Below are positions 51,382-63,300 of a stretch of DNA of 64,000 nt, piece after piece (positions within the stretch are counted from its first letter, which is position 1; every line of letters starts with the position of its first letter). The notes beneath the pieces are model-generated. The model was given only the letters and a program-made list of their open reading frames with translations. It was not told the origin of the DNA and made no database searches. A program made the position numbers and the translations under genes. The DNA comes from Lama glama (Eukaryota), in NCBI GenBank assembly GCA_028534125.1, contig CM052818.1, positions 7,380,001 to 7,444,000 on the forward strand, written 5' to 3'.

Positions 51382-51899
51382 TTGTAGGATTTGGCAGGCA
51401 TCCTGCTCTCCTGCTGGGGTGTTCGGAAACTGGCTCTAACCGCCAGAGGGACTTAAATGAGGAAACACATTACCCTGAGCTCAGGGCTGTCCTCAAGCCT
51501 ACGACGAGGGACTATGATTTTGGTGGGAGAAGCTGAGAAGCTACAATCCTAATGCGTCATAGATGGGGGTGTTGGGTGAGGGGCTGGGGGTGTCTTTCTC
51601 TTGGAAGGAAGCTGGGGTGACTCACAAGTAATATTTAGTCTTATTCCCAGAAGATTGGCTTGGGTTTGTCTGCTTGAATATTTTTGCTCACACCAAGGAA
51701 AAAAAAATACTTGTGCTATTTTATGACTTTTATGCTTTTCAAACTAGTTTCTCAGTGCTCCCCCAGAGCTAGAATATGGGTGATTTGCAGAAGTCCTTGC
51801 AAGCTGTCTCATCACTGAACCCACTCCTGCTCCTTGCTAAAACCCTCTACTAATCAAAGTCACCATTTGCTATTTCCTTTACATCATTCATCTGAAACT

Positions 51900-52035
51900 C
51901 AGAACAGCCCAGAGAGTACATGTTAGTATTCTCATTTTTCATTCTTAAGAGAAAACCAATCCTTGGGGAGGTTAAGTGACTTACCCAGGATCTGTCAGCT
52001 AATAAGCAGAAGTGGGATTTGAACCTAGTCATTTA
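51900..52035 (-). mobile_element. MIR
   Basis: ggaggttaagtgacttacccagg...cagctaataagcagaagtgggatttgaacctag. Confidence 0.7.
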
Positions 52036-54544
52036 GCACTAAAGTTTTTGTTCATTTCACCAGAGTAGTCCATCTGCACCGCGAGAGGGTAGCCAGCCAG
52101 TGCAAAGGAAGTTACGGTATCCAGGAGGTTCTGGAGGCGATAAACACTCCTCCAGCTCAGAGGACACTTCCTACTCTGGACCATCCCCTGTGACCCCAAG
52201 GCTTGGCTGCACTCTTGGTGTAAACACCCTCTTTCCTCACAGCATCAGTCCTGCTCTCCCCCACCCCCAACACAAACACTTCTGCAGACTACACTCCTCC
52301 ACACTTGGAACCAGCCCAGAGGAATGAGAGCAAAGAGCAGGGACTTGGCAAACGTTCAGAATGCCAGGAGAAGCATGGATTTGTCTGACTCCCTGGGCCT
52401 TGGCCTCATCCAGTGGAAAACTGGGAAAATTCCCTCTGGTTCTTCCCTTCGCTTCCCCTCCTCCACCCCCTTCACTATTCTCCACCAAATAGGCACACCT
52501 CCAGAGGAAGGTTATGTAAGGCCACTCTCTGAATTCCTCTGAAACAAAATTTTGCTTAAATATACAGATTCAGAAATAAGGTTTAAATGGGTAACATGCT
52601 GCGGTGGGAACCAAATGCCGACCTCCCCAAATGGGGTAAATCACATGTGCTGGGTGGGAGGTAGCATATGAAGGAACAGCGGGCATTAGCAGGATTTAGG
52701 TAGATTTTTATTCACTTTCCTTACTTCCTCCTCCCCTCAAAAAAAGCGACTATTTCCTTCTACAGAATGGATTTTAACACACACACAGTCTTGCAGCCCC
52801 TGTGGACTCATCACTTTTTCAGAGCTAAATGATCTTGGAAAACAGCTTTTCCAATAAATACGCAGTGGCCAGAGACTGCTGGATGCACTTTCTTTAGAGG
52901 AGGCGGAAAAGCAGAAGCAGGAAGATCTATGGCAGCATCCATTATTTGCAAGAGAAAGGTCATTTCCTCTGTTGTCGGCTAATAAAGACGGAAGCTTGTG
53001 GCCTGCAGGGGAGCAGACGTGTCCACAGCAGCCCAGCAGAGCTCAAGTATTCAAGGGGAGAGGAACAAAACCCTGATGAGGAGCTGTTAGAGAGCCGGAG
53101 GTAGAGTGTGACATCCTCTCTCTCCAGCAGTGAAGCCAGACTGAAAACTTCTTGATTTCTTCACAGGCTCCATGTCTAATTTAAGGTGTCTCTACCCAGT
53201 TTGGAAAACTCTGTCCCTCTCCACAGAGGGAGGAACGAGCTTCCTAAGAGAGGCTCTGGAAGAACAAAAGCTTCATTAGGGTCCATCACTCATTCTGACT
53301 ACAGTTTCCTGAGAATCTCTATTGATGATCTTGGGGACAAATGAAGTGATAATTAAGGATATAATGCAAATGATCTTCGGCTTAGTAACTCCCTCTTGTA
53401 ATTGAACTTTACTAAATTAAGTCTGAGATTTTTTTAAAAACTGGGTCTTAAAAAAAAATTCCCCCAATTAAAATACCCACTCTCCTCCCTCCCACCCAGC
53501 CCTCCTTAACATAATTAGTTTAAAATAAGATCCACGCTGCGGACGATGGTGCCCTGCCTACGGATACGTTAAAGTTGGCCCTGGCTCTCTGAAATGCTGG
53601 GCTCCAGAAAACAATCCCCAGGAAGCGAACGAGGAGGGTGTCTTGCATCAGTCAGGCTGCTGCTGCATTGTCAGATGTGGGACAAGGAAACTGAACACAG
53701 GGCTGGCGGCATTGGCGATGCTGGACACAGATTTCTCAGCCTCTCTCTCGGTCCTTTCCTCTAATCTGGGGTGAGCTGAGGACTGCTCAGAGGAAGGAGT
53801 AAATGATCGCTCTATTGGGGTAGAAGAGGAATTGGACTCTTGCCAGGGTCCTGACAAGGGTGCTGATACAGGAGGCAGAGAGGTTAGGGGAGATCAGAAA
53901 CCCATCTCTGTTTTCTCAGAGGCCAGAGAGTCAAAGCTCTCGAATTGGAATAGCCCCAGGATGCCTCCGAATCCTGTCCTCCACCACCTGGTGCGACCAC
54001 CGCTCACCTTAGCTGATTTCTTTCCAGCAGAGGGCCACTCCCACCATCTTCAGTCTGCAGGGTGGGAACCAGGAGGAACCGTGAGTCCAGAGACCAGGAC
54101 CCCAGAGGTGCTCCTGCCTCCCCATCCTCATCCCCAGTTTGGGACTGAGGCTGAAAATTGCCCTGAGGACGTCTGACCTTCCGGAAGACCACATTGGCTA
54201 TTTCATTGAACTGAGATGAAAAGACCTGTTTGCCTTTGACATCAAGCTTCAGTTTCCTCAAGCAACCACTGGCATAATTGATGTGTGAGAACAGGGGAGA
54301 GCCTCCCACAGCCTGCCTCCTCAATCTCTCTCTCTCCTTTCTCAGCCCCACCCTCCCTGCGCACTGCTTCCCGCAACTATCAGGTAAACACAGAAACACC
54401 AACCAAATTGGCCCTCACCTACCAGAGTCCAAGGCCAAGGCTGCAGGTCCATCTGAGAACTCAGTAAAACAGCAGCTCTCCGGCAAGCAGGTGGGATCAA
54501 AGGAAAATGCTGCTGCCTACTGACTCCACCCCTTTCTTTAAAAA

Positions 54545-54830
54545 GAAGTATTGAGATATAATTGACATATAACAGTGTGTTAGTTTTAGGTGTACAATAT
54601 AATTATTAGATATAGGTATATACTGTGAAGTGATCACCACAATAACTCTAGGTAACTTCTGTCACCTCACATAGTTACAGTTTTTTCCTTGTGATGAGAA
54701 ATTTTAAGATCTGCTCAACTTTCAAATATACAACACAGCATTGTTAACTGTAGTCACCATACTGGACATGATGGATCCCCAGGACTTACTTATTTTATAT
54801 CTCGAAGTTTGTTCTTTTGACCGACCCCCG
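54545..54830 (-). mobile_element. L1 3' UTR fragment
   Basis: tattgagatataattgacatataac...tgatcaccacaata...cacctcacatagttac...gtgatgagaa...caactttcaaatatacaac...ttaactgtagtcaccat. Confidence 0.85.
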
Positions 54831-55317
54831 CCATACCTTTCCATTGTGTATGTTGTATGTCCGAGAGCCCCTGTTTTCCCTTCATCAGTTCCCATCACTA
54901 GTGTTTGAAACTTCAGTAAATGTTTAGCTGAACAACTTCTGATGGCAGAGACATCTGGAGAACACAATAGGTATTTGTTCTATGAGTAAGTGAGATTAAA
55001 AAAAAACAGACAGACAATAGCAATCTTGTCTCCAGATAAGCCCATACTTAAAATGCTGCCCTGAACTAACATGGGCGTGTTTACTATTGGGTTCCATTGC
55101 CTGGTGTGGGGCCTGGCACATGGCAAATTCTCAATAAATATTAGTTGAATGAATGCATGAATAAATGATTCATGTTCAGAAATTTTCGGTAGCTTCTCAG
55201 TGGTATAGGTAAAATGCCTAAATTCTAGAATCTGGTATTTAGGATCCTGCAGTCAGATGCCTGACCACCTTGCCTGCGCAGCCCTCTCAGACACTGCACA
55301 CGGACTGCACTAGGCCA

Positions 55318-55470
55318 GTCCCCAGAATCACCTGGAAGACTTGTTAAAACACAGCTAGCTGGGTCCCACCCCTAGAGTTTCTGAATCAATAGATCTGGGG
55401 TAGGGGTGGAGAATCGCCTTACTCACAAGTTCTAGGTGGTGTAGATGCGCTGGTCGGGAACCACACTTTG
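55318..55470. mobile_element. MER5A-like hAT MITE
   Basis: agaatcacctggaagacttgttaaaacacag...ctgggtcccacccctagagtttctga...acaagttctaggtg...gaaccacactttg. Confidence 0.8.
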
Positions 55471-56808
55471 CCCACCTCATTCCGCGGCCACAAAAGGCGC
55501 CCCTCCCCCTGCATTCCGCCAGTTGGTCCAGGACAAATGCTAGCTTGTCAGCAAAACTGAACATGCTAGTAGAAACTACACCAGGACCCTGCCTCCCCAC
55601 CTAACCACTGCAGCCCTCTGTGCCTGCCCAGACACTTCTTATTTTAGCTGTTCAGCTGTATCTCCCTGCCCTTGCAGGTCTAAAACTCCTGCTTCCCTTG
55701 GCTCATAGCTGCCCAATCTTCCTCTTCATTCTCCACATTATGGAATCCCACTCACCCTCTGAGGCCAGCGGAAACCCCACACTCCCAGCCTTTCCAACCT
55801 CAGTAGAGAGCACCAGCCCGTGAACGTGGAACCATTTCTCCCATGATATGATGAATTCCTCCAGAGCATCAGTGTTCTCACCTCCCTCTCTCTGGTGGAG
55901 CTCCTTCAAGGCAGGAGGCAGAACTCACCCCATAGGGCCTCGTCCAGTGTGGCCTTATAACTGGAGTGAATAAAGACATGCTCCTTTCCTGGTCAGATTC
56001 CTTCTATCCACTGAGACCTTAATAGATAACTTAATAAAGTGCCTGGTGCTGCACTCGGCCCAGGCATCCAAAGGTGAATAAAACACAGAAACTGCCCTGG
56101 GATTAATGTCTTTTTCCCAGTTTACATTCACTGCTCTTTATGCCCAGTTTGCTTTCCTTCCAGCCACTGGCCTGGGCTGTGACTGACCTACAGAGACAGC
56201 TGATGTCCTTTCTCGTGTAAACAAGGGAGGGGGGTCCCATCACTAAGACACAGTTCCAGGTTCTCAGCTTCTTTGTAGTCTCTGAGACACAGCAGGGAAG
56301 TGTGACTTTCGGGGGTGAGCCATGTGATGGAACTTACCCAGGACAGGTGAGAGGCAGAGGAAAGGAGTCCTTCTGCAGCCTGTTGAAATGTCAGTGACTA
56401 AGCCCCAGCGAATGTACTGAGGACATTTTCACTTCTCAGTTGTGGGCACTTGAAAGGGCATGGCCTCATCCCTTCCTCCTGCCATGCGGGCTTACAGCTT
56501 CGTGTCCTCACAGCCTCATGATCCTAACAGGACATTCTAGAAACCCAACTCAAACTGCTTACGTAAAAAGGAACTTTTTGCTCACCTTTGCAGCTTAGCC
56601 CAGGGTGGCTCATGGAATTAAATAAAGAGCTGCTGTAGAGGAACCTGGATTTAGGAACCAAAATTGGTCCCAAATATGTCAGGACCCTCTCTCTGTCCAC
56701 TCAGCTTTCATTTCTGCACATTTTTGTACGTTGGCCTCTCTCTCGCTGCAGGTGGGAGAAAGGGGACCATGGTCAGGCCAGTCTGGGTTCCACGCCTACC
56801 AAGGCCAC

Positions 56809-57308
56809 NNNNNNNNNNNNNNNNNNNNNNNNNNNNNNNNNNNNNNNNNNNNNNNNNNNNNNNNNNNNNNNNNNNNNNNNNNNNNNNNNNNNNNNNNNNN
56901 NNNNNNNNNNNNNNNNNNNNNNNNNNNNNNNNNNNNNNNNNNNNNNNNNNNNNNNNNNNNNNNNNNNNNNNNNNNNNNNNNNNNNNNNNNNNNNNNNNNN
57001 NNNNNNNNNNNNNNNNNNNNNNNNNNNNNNNNNNNNNNNNNNNNNNNNNNNNNNNNNNNNNNNNNNNNNNNNNNNNNNNNNNNNNNNNNNNNNNNNNNNN
57101 NNNNNNNNNNNNNNNNNNNNNNNNNNNNNNNNNNNNNNNNNNNNNNNNNNNNNNNNNNNNNNNNNNNNNNNNNNNNNNNNNNNNNNNNNNNNNNNNNNNN
57201 NNNNNNNNNNNNNNNNNNNNNNNNNNNNNNNNNNNNNNNNNNNNNNNNNNNNNNNNNNNNNNNNNNNNNNNNNNNNNNNNNNNNNNNNNNNNNNNNNNNN
57301 NNNNNNNN
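56809..57308. other. Assembly gap (500 N)
   Basis: Run of exactly 500 N, probably a placeholder length; the left flank (about 56520-56808) looks like an MLT1 LTR fragment. Confidence 0.99.
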
Positions 57309-57759
57309 AGATTCTGCCTCTCACACTCATCATCACATCCCAACTCCAAGCACAGTGGCAGGCACACAGTACATGTTTGTTGAGTAAATGAATGATATTC
57401 CATTCTCAAGTGATGCCTCAGGTAACTATTGGAATTAATTGGTGACAATAAGCCAGGGTCACTGTGCTAGACACTCTAGTTATAAGCAGCAGGGACCATC
57501 CTTTCTTAGTTTCAAAATAAGAACCCAAGTTTGTCAAAGACACTTACCTCTGGTCAGTCCTGAGGGTCCTCCTACTTTTGGTTTTCATCAATGCAAATGC
57601 CAACTCTTTAGGTATGTATTTTCATAAATTCTCTATAACATTCTGCCATGTATTTGCTCAGTATAAACATACTGGCCACAGACTTCAAATTTGTGGCAAA
57701 GAACATCTGACTAAAGTGAGATGACCAGAGTTCTCCAATTCTATGGCCACTAGCAAAAG

Positions 57760-57985
57760 CCAATATTTACTGAGCACTTACTATGTGCCTGGTGCTTTTA
57801 TGCATGATCTCATCTCATCTAATCTTCAAGAAGAGCCTGTGTAAATGGTGCTAAAAGCATTTCCATTTTACCTATAAGTAAAGTGGGGATTCCAGGGCAC
57901 AAGTACCTAGCTCAGTGTCACACAGCCACAGGATAACCAGTTCACTCAAAGCTCAGACCTGTCTGACTTCTATGGCTGTGCTCTC
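57760..57985 (-). mobile_element. MIR
   Basis: atttactgagcacttactatgtgcctgg...catgatctcatctcatctaatcttc...ccattttac...gtcacacagc...ctgtctgact. Confidence 0.75.
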
Positions 57986-58679
57986 AAATCAGTCTGCAGC
58001 CTTGCAAGTCCTTTAACCTCTAGAGACTCAGTTTTGCCTTCCTTCTAATGGGGATAAAAACCATCTCACAGGATAAATATTATGTGGATGCATTGTGTAA
58101 ACTGTAACGCACCACTCGCCTTTTAAGTTAACATTGCTATTGTTCCAAATTCAAAGCAAAGTGTTAGAAGCCATCACGAGATTGATCAATGCTTTTTTCC
58201 CGTAGTCATCTTGCCAGTGATTCATTCATCAACAAATTTAGCCACATGCCTGCTTTGTGCCATTCACACAAAGATGAATGAGGGTGTCCTTACCCTCAGC
58301 AGGTCACAACCTTATGAGCATTTCCACTGCTCAGTGAGCTTCAAGGTTGGATTAACACTCACCCCAAGAGTCACCATTGCCTGATGACACCCTGTTCCTC
58401 TGGGAGAAAGGCAAACGTGAAGTCTGAGCCTAATGGTCAGACCTCTGGACACAGAGATTAAGAAGTCAGGTAAGGAGTGGAAAGAAAGACCACTGTGGAT
58501 TTGAGAGTCACCCCCCAGGGAGGAAGGAAATGCCATCTCCTATAAATGATGTGTAACAGAGTGGTTAAAGGGCTCAAACAGCTCCTTGCTTTTGTAGCCA
58601 CATGACCTTTGGTAAATTACTGGACCTCTTTATGACTCAGTTTTCTCATCTCTTAAAAGGAGTGATGGGGATAATTTTT

Positions 58680-59035
58680 TTGTATATATATATTTTTTCA
58701 TTGAAGTATAGTCAGTTTACAATGTTGTATCAATTTCTGGTGTACAGCACAATGCTTCAGTCACACATGAACATACATATATTTGTTTTCTTATTCTTTT
58801 TCACCATAAGTTATTACAAGATATTGAAGATAGTTCGCTGTGCTAAACAATATGAACTTGTTGTTTATTGGATTTTGTGAGAATTCTCCTGTATTTTGAA
58901 GCGAGAGACACTCTGCCAGAGTTCAGTAGGCGTTCTGTGCAGTTCAGTGAGTTTGCAGATGTAATTCTTGGTGTATTTGTGGGAGGGGGCGAGCTGTGAG
59001 TCTCTCTACTCTGCCATCTTGGCACCTCCCTCCCC
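58680..59035 (-). mobile_element. Short L1-derived element: L1 5' end fused to L1 3' UTR and tail, inserted in a MIR
   Basis: Minus strand begins ggggagggaggtgccaagatggcagagtag (L1 5' terminus with YY1 motif caagatggc) and joins at 58869/58868 to ataaacaacaag...L1 3' UTR and A-rich tail; 9-bp TSD ataattttt (58671-58679, 59036-59044); MIR halves at about 58555-58670 and 59045-59100. Confidence 0.85.
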
Positions 59036-59439
59036 ATAATTTTTAATAATATGTGTAAACAGTTTAGTTCAGTGCCTGGCACACAGCACATGTTAGCTGA
59101 CCTACAGGCAAAGGCAAGGGGAGCAGCAATACTGGCCACAGTGGGGACGAGTGTATGAGCATATGAAAGGGCACACAGTAGCCATTGCCTGGAGGGAGGG
59201 CAGACACTCAGGGAAGGACGGAGGGAGAAGCATCTCCTCCTCAGTGAATTGGGAAGGGGCATTTACAACCAAGCTTTAGCGCCTTTAGACAGCCCTCACT
59301 TACCCAAGGTAGCCAGAGAAAAAAAGGCCAAAACACCAAGTAATAAAACCTGAATGCCTTTCCCACACTGAAAACTATTGTTTGTTTGCAGATAAAGAAT
59401 ATCGGGTATTTGTGTCATGCTCTCAAATTCATCATATCG

Positions 59440-59570
59440 TTAGATCCCCAGGAAAACCTCCGAGGCAAATGAGAAGAAAATGATCATGCCCATTTTACAG
59501 TTGGTGAAACTGAGATTCATGAGGTGAAGCCATGTGATTAAGGTCACACTGTTAGGAGTGGTGGAATTGA
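59440..59570 (-). mobile_element. MIR
   Basis: cccattttacagttggtgaaactgagattcatgaggtgaag...aaggtcacac. Confidence 0.7.
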
Positions 59571-60079
59571 ATTAACATCCAGGGCTCTGTCCAGGGTTCA
59601 GCACCATCTTTCCAAGCAAGTCTTTGTGGAAAAAAATGCAGATGCACATCTGACGAAGCTTTAAAACTCCTCATTCCTGGGCCCTCCTGAGACCTACTAA
59701 GTAAGAGTTGATGTATACAGCAGCCCAGGAAGCTCCCTAGGAGAGATGATGCAGTTGGGCTGGCAAGGTAGACTGGCGTCTGGAAGCCAGTTGCAGAAGC
59801 AGTAATGCTGTGTTTGTGGCTATAAGAGGGTTTGGAGGCACATGCCAGCCCCAGGCAAGTGTCAGGATGCTTTTGCCAGCACCCTTCCTGCAGTAGCCCA
59901 ACAGCTAGGGTTACACCCATCCACAGTGCCACTGCCCACCTTCCAGCTGCAACCAACATGAGCATATCTCCACCCTCCACCGACCCACATGCTCACATAT
60001 CCTGCTTAAACCCTCCTGAGTTTTCCCAGACCCCTAGCCTTGCTGACAAGCTCTGCCTGATTCCAATGCACTATCCACC

Positions 60080-60500
60080 ATTTTCTGTTCCCCACAAACC
60101 TTTGGTCCCTAGAACTACAAAAATCCTCTCCTACCACAGGGCTTTTGCACATGCTGCCCTGACACCTGCAATGCCCAGGGCTCCCCATCGCACTGCCCCA
60201 CCCTTTCCTCTAGTTAATGCTGCCTTCTTCTAATCTCAGCATTATTTCATCAAGGAAGTCTTCCTCAACCCTCAGTCTAGGGCAGAGTCCTCCATTACAT
60301 CTTCTCTAAAAACTGGCTTCCTTTCCTCAGCAGCTCTCATCACTGATTATAATTGTGCGTGAAGAGTGTGGCCATTTTATTAAGGTCTCTCCCCTTTTCC
60401 ACTGGCCATGAAGAGGGGAGACCTTGGAGGGCAGGGACCCTGTCTGCCCTGCTCATCAGTGTCTTCTCAGTGCTTGGCACTCAGTGAACGTGTGTAGAAC
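60080..60500 (+). mobile_element. L2 3' end
   Basis: cagggcttttgcacatgctg...ggaagtcttcctcaacc...ggagggcagggaccctgtctg...cagtgcttggcac. Confidence 0.7.
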
Positions 60501-60624
60501 CATGTCACATGGTGTATATAATAGAACAGGCCAGGAGCCTATGGCTTCCACCTCCCCATTCCCAGGAGGCAGGACATTTGTAAGAGGCCAGTGTGATGAA
60601 GCCATTTTGACATTAGTGCCCCAT

Positions 60625-60777
60625 CAAAGTGCAAAGTCACGAGGTTTTATTGCCAAGTAATATGCACAGTGAACACTCCTGACTTTGTGCAGCTCATAAC
60701 CCCCACCCTGACCCTGAGGGACTCCCACAGCCTTCTTGATCTCTATTTTGTTTGAATTTTTATGAGGTGAATTATTT
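60625..60777. repeat. Local duplication, copy A
   Basis: Shares ttttattgccaagt (60645-60658) and ctcccacagccttcttgatctct (60722-60744) with 62677-62815. Confidence 0.85.
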
Positions 60778-62085
60778 TTATAATCAGAAAAGGCCATAAA
60801 GAGAATTTGTTAAGTCTGCCAGAACTGGGAAAGACTCTAAGGCTACATTAGTTCTGGCTCTAAAAATCATAATTTGGAAGGAAGCGTAATGTATTTTATG
60901 GATGTCTTTAATTGAATGTATTTAAAGAAGCACTAGAAATTTAATTGACATCTTCCTGGTCATTCTTAAGTAAGAAAAAGAGATAATGTTATGGTTCAAA
61001 TGTCCTCAAGGCCCCCTGATACAACCATGTGTTGTTAACTTTAATGGATGGAGCAGAGACTTTGAGAGGTGGACCATTACGATACAGGTGATCTCTGAGT
61101 GAAGGGGCAGTTGCTGACTGTCTGACGGATGGCATCTTCTGAGATGAGCAAATGGAGCAAACACAGGAGCCTGGTTCTCTGTGCCACGTGGTGCCAACCC
61201 TTCCCCCTCAACCACCCTCACTCATCCCTGGTCTCCCCCTCCCCTACTGCCTCCTTCCCTGACTCCTGCCTCACCCCCAAACCCTGCCCTGCAGATGGGA
61301 AGGCCAGGGGTGGAGTGAGATTATTAGATTTTGCAAAGCGTTGGTTACTTTTCAAAGCCTGAAGGTTTAGTAGATGTTTTTGTTTGGCCCTGTTAAGGGA
61401 TCAGACTGCATTCGGTTTCACTCACCTGAGCTGGTGCTGCCCGTCTCTCTGCCACGACACTAGGTTCCAGCTCACTTCTGGCTCCTCACTGGTGAGAATC
61501 TCTTTGATTACTCAGTTAGTAGAAAGAAATATCAGATAGCTGTTAAAAATTTTGTGCTTCTGGTTGGGTCCGGGGGACACAGTAAAGGGCTGCATTGACA
61601 GGAACAGCACAGTTAAAAATGGCAAAAAGGTCAGGGGACGCAGTCCCAGCTCAGTCAGGTGGTTCTTATCTCCTCTAGTGTCAATGAATCTCACCAAGTG
61701 ACTTTTCTCCCTTTGTCTCTGGTGGACCAGATCCAGTGGGATCCCACCTGCTAACCTGTCATGAAGGTGTGAGTGTTGGAGTTGGGGATAGAAGGAAGAA
61801 GTTTTAAGCATAACAGATTTTTGGAGAGTCAGAGAAAGCAATACTTCCTGGATTTATGATTGGGTGGGCTGGGAGACTGGCGAGCAGATAAAAATTAACG
61901 TGGTGGGCTAGTATACCCTCCTGGTTCTTCTCGGCAAATTGCTGTACAGAAATCTGTAAGAGTTTATGTGAGCGTGTGACCAGCCTTTGTTCTGAATTGT
62001 GTGTATGTGCCACTTGGTAGTCATTCAGTTGGATGGCTGGAAGGATGGACGAATGATGACAGGTTTACTCTCAGTGGTCATGCAC

Positions 62086-62529
62086 TGTGGCAGACACTGT
62101 CCATGCCTTGCCCGTATCACCTCTGCTCTCACTTCTGCACACCAAATGCGGGTTATCTCATGAACCTGCCTCCCTGCCTCTGCAAGCCTTTATCTGGCCA
62201 GAGGAGCACTTCAGGCCTTGGGAGCCAGAAGCGGAGAGTTCAGGCCTAGAAGCAGCCCTCACCCCATGGTGGGTGGGGACCTGGTAGGTAATGAGCCCAG
62301 CTTCCTTGCTTCTCAGTGGGGTGACCGAGGTGTGTCTGTACGGTGGGATTGAACCCAGTTGCCCTCGGTGGTAACGGTTTGATAACATATCCTTTATAGC
62401 CTTTCTTTCCTTCCTGGTCTCCCTCTTCCATTCTCCTTCCAGTGTTTCCTGGGATCACCTTCCAGATGAACTGCTTGTCCTGGAATCCTTGTTTTAGAGC
62501 ATGCTGCTATGGGAGCCCAAACTAAAACA
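62086..62529 (+). mobile_element. ERVL solo LTR (LTR33-like), near full length
   Basis: TG...CA termini: tgtggcagacactg ... gggattgaacccagttgccc...ttcctgggatcacct...aatccttg...cccaaactaaaaca. Confidence 0.75.
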
Positions 62530-62676
62530 CTCAACTTACTGATTGTTCTGACATGTGACTGAACAGTCCCCAGGTGTCACCCGTAACCTTCTGTCTGCTT
62601 CCTGAAAACAAGAATAATCTAGTCGGAAGAAAAGTAACGTTTACCTACACCTCATTGGAATAGTGTTAAACACTGA

Positions 62677-62815
62677 CAAAGTATAAAAACACTAGATTTT
62701 ATTGCCAAGTGATGTGCAATGAAGTAATAAGATCAGTAACCCTTCCCTGATCGGAGGCGCTCCCACAGCCTTCTTGATCTCTGCTTGGTCTGAGTTTTTC
62801 TGCAGTGCATTATTT
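62677..62815. repeat. Local duplication, copy B, flanked by 29-bp direct repeats
   Basis: Identical blocks at 62697-62710 and 62760-62782; flanking repeats 62643-62671 and 62817-62845 (25/29 identical). Confidence 0.85.
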
Positions 62816-63138
62816 AACCCACACCTAATTGGGATAGTATTAAACTCATTCTTGATTAATTCTCTCTGGAAACTTTCATCTTATTAAGTATTTAACAGAA
62901 GTTCAGTTTCATTACTGAAGCTGATCAGATTCTGTTATTTAAAGACTGAAAAGAGGACGAATGTCAGACCCACAAACCCATTTTCCTGGTCAACCTTCTT
63001 TGACAGCATAGTTTTCCTATCTCTAAGGCAGTCATGTTTGTTAAAGGAACGGTCCCTTTTAGCTTTTTTCTGACTATCAGTTTCCTAAGTCTCTCTAGCT
63101 CCTCAGAAAACCTACGATAGTTTCAAGCAACACTTTGA

Positions 63139-63300
63139 AGTGGTGGTTCTCTGCCCTAGGTGTGCATTGGAATCACCTGGGGAGCTTTTATTTCCAGGGA
63201 CTCTTGGGTCCCACTCCAGACCAAATTACGGTGTCCAGGAAGCAGTAGTTTTAAAGTTCTCCAGGGGATCCTAATGTGCAGCCAGGGCTGAGAATCACTG
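63139..63300. mobile_element. MER5-like hAT MITE
   Basis: gtggttctc...gtgcattggaatcacctggggagcttt...gggtcccactccagacc...ttctccaggggatcctaatgtgcagccagggctgagaatcactg. Confidence 0.8.

Noticed and set aside
56664..57448. ORFs of 187-246 aa
   Set aside because: They read through the 500-N gap
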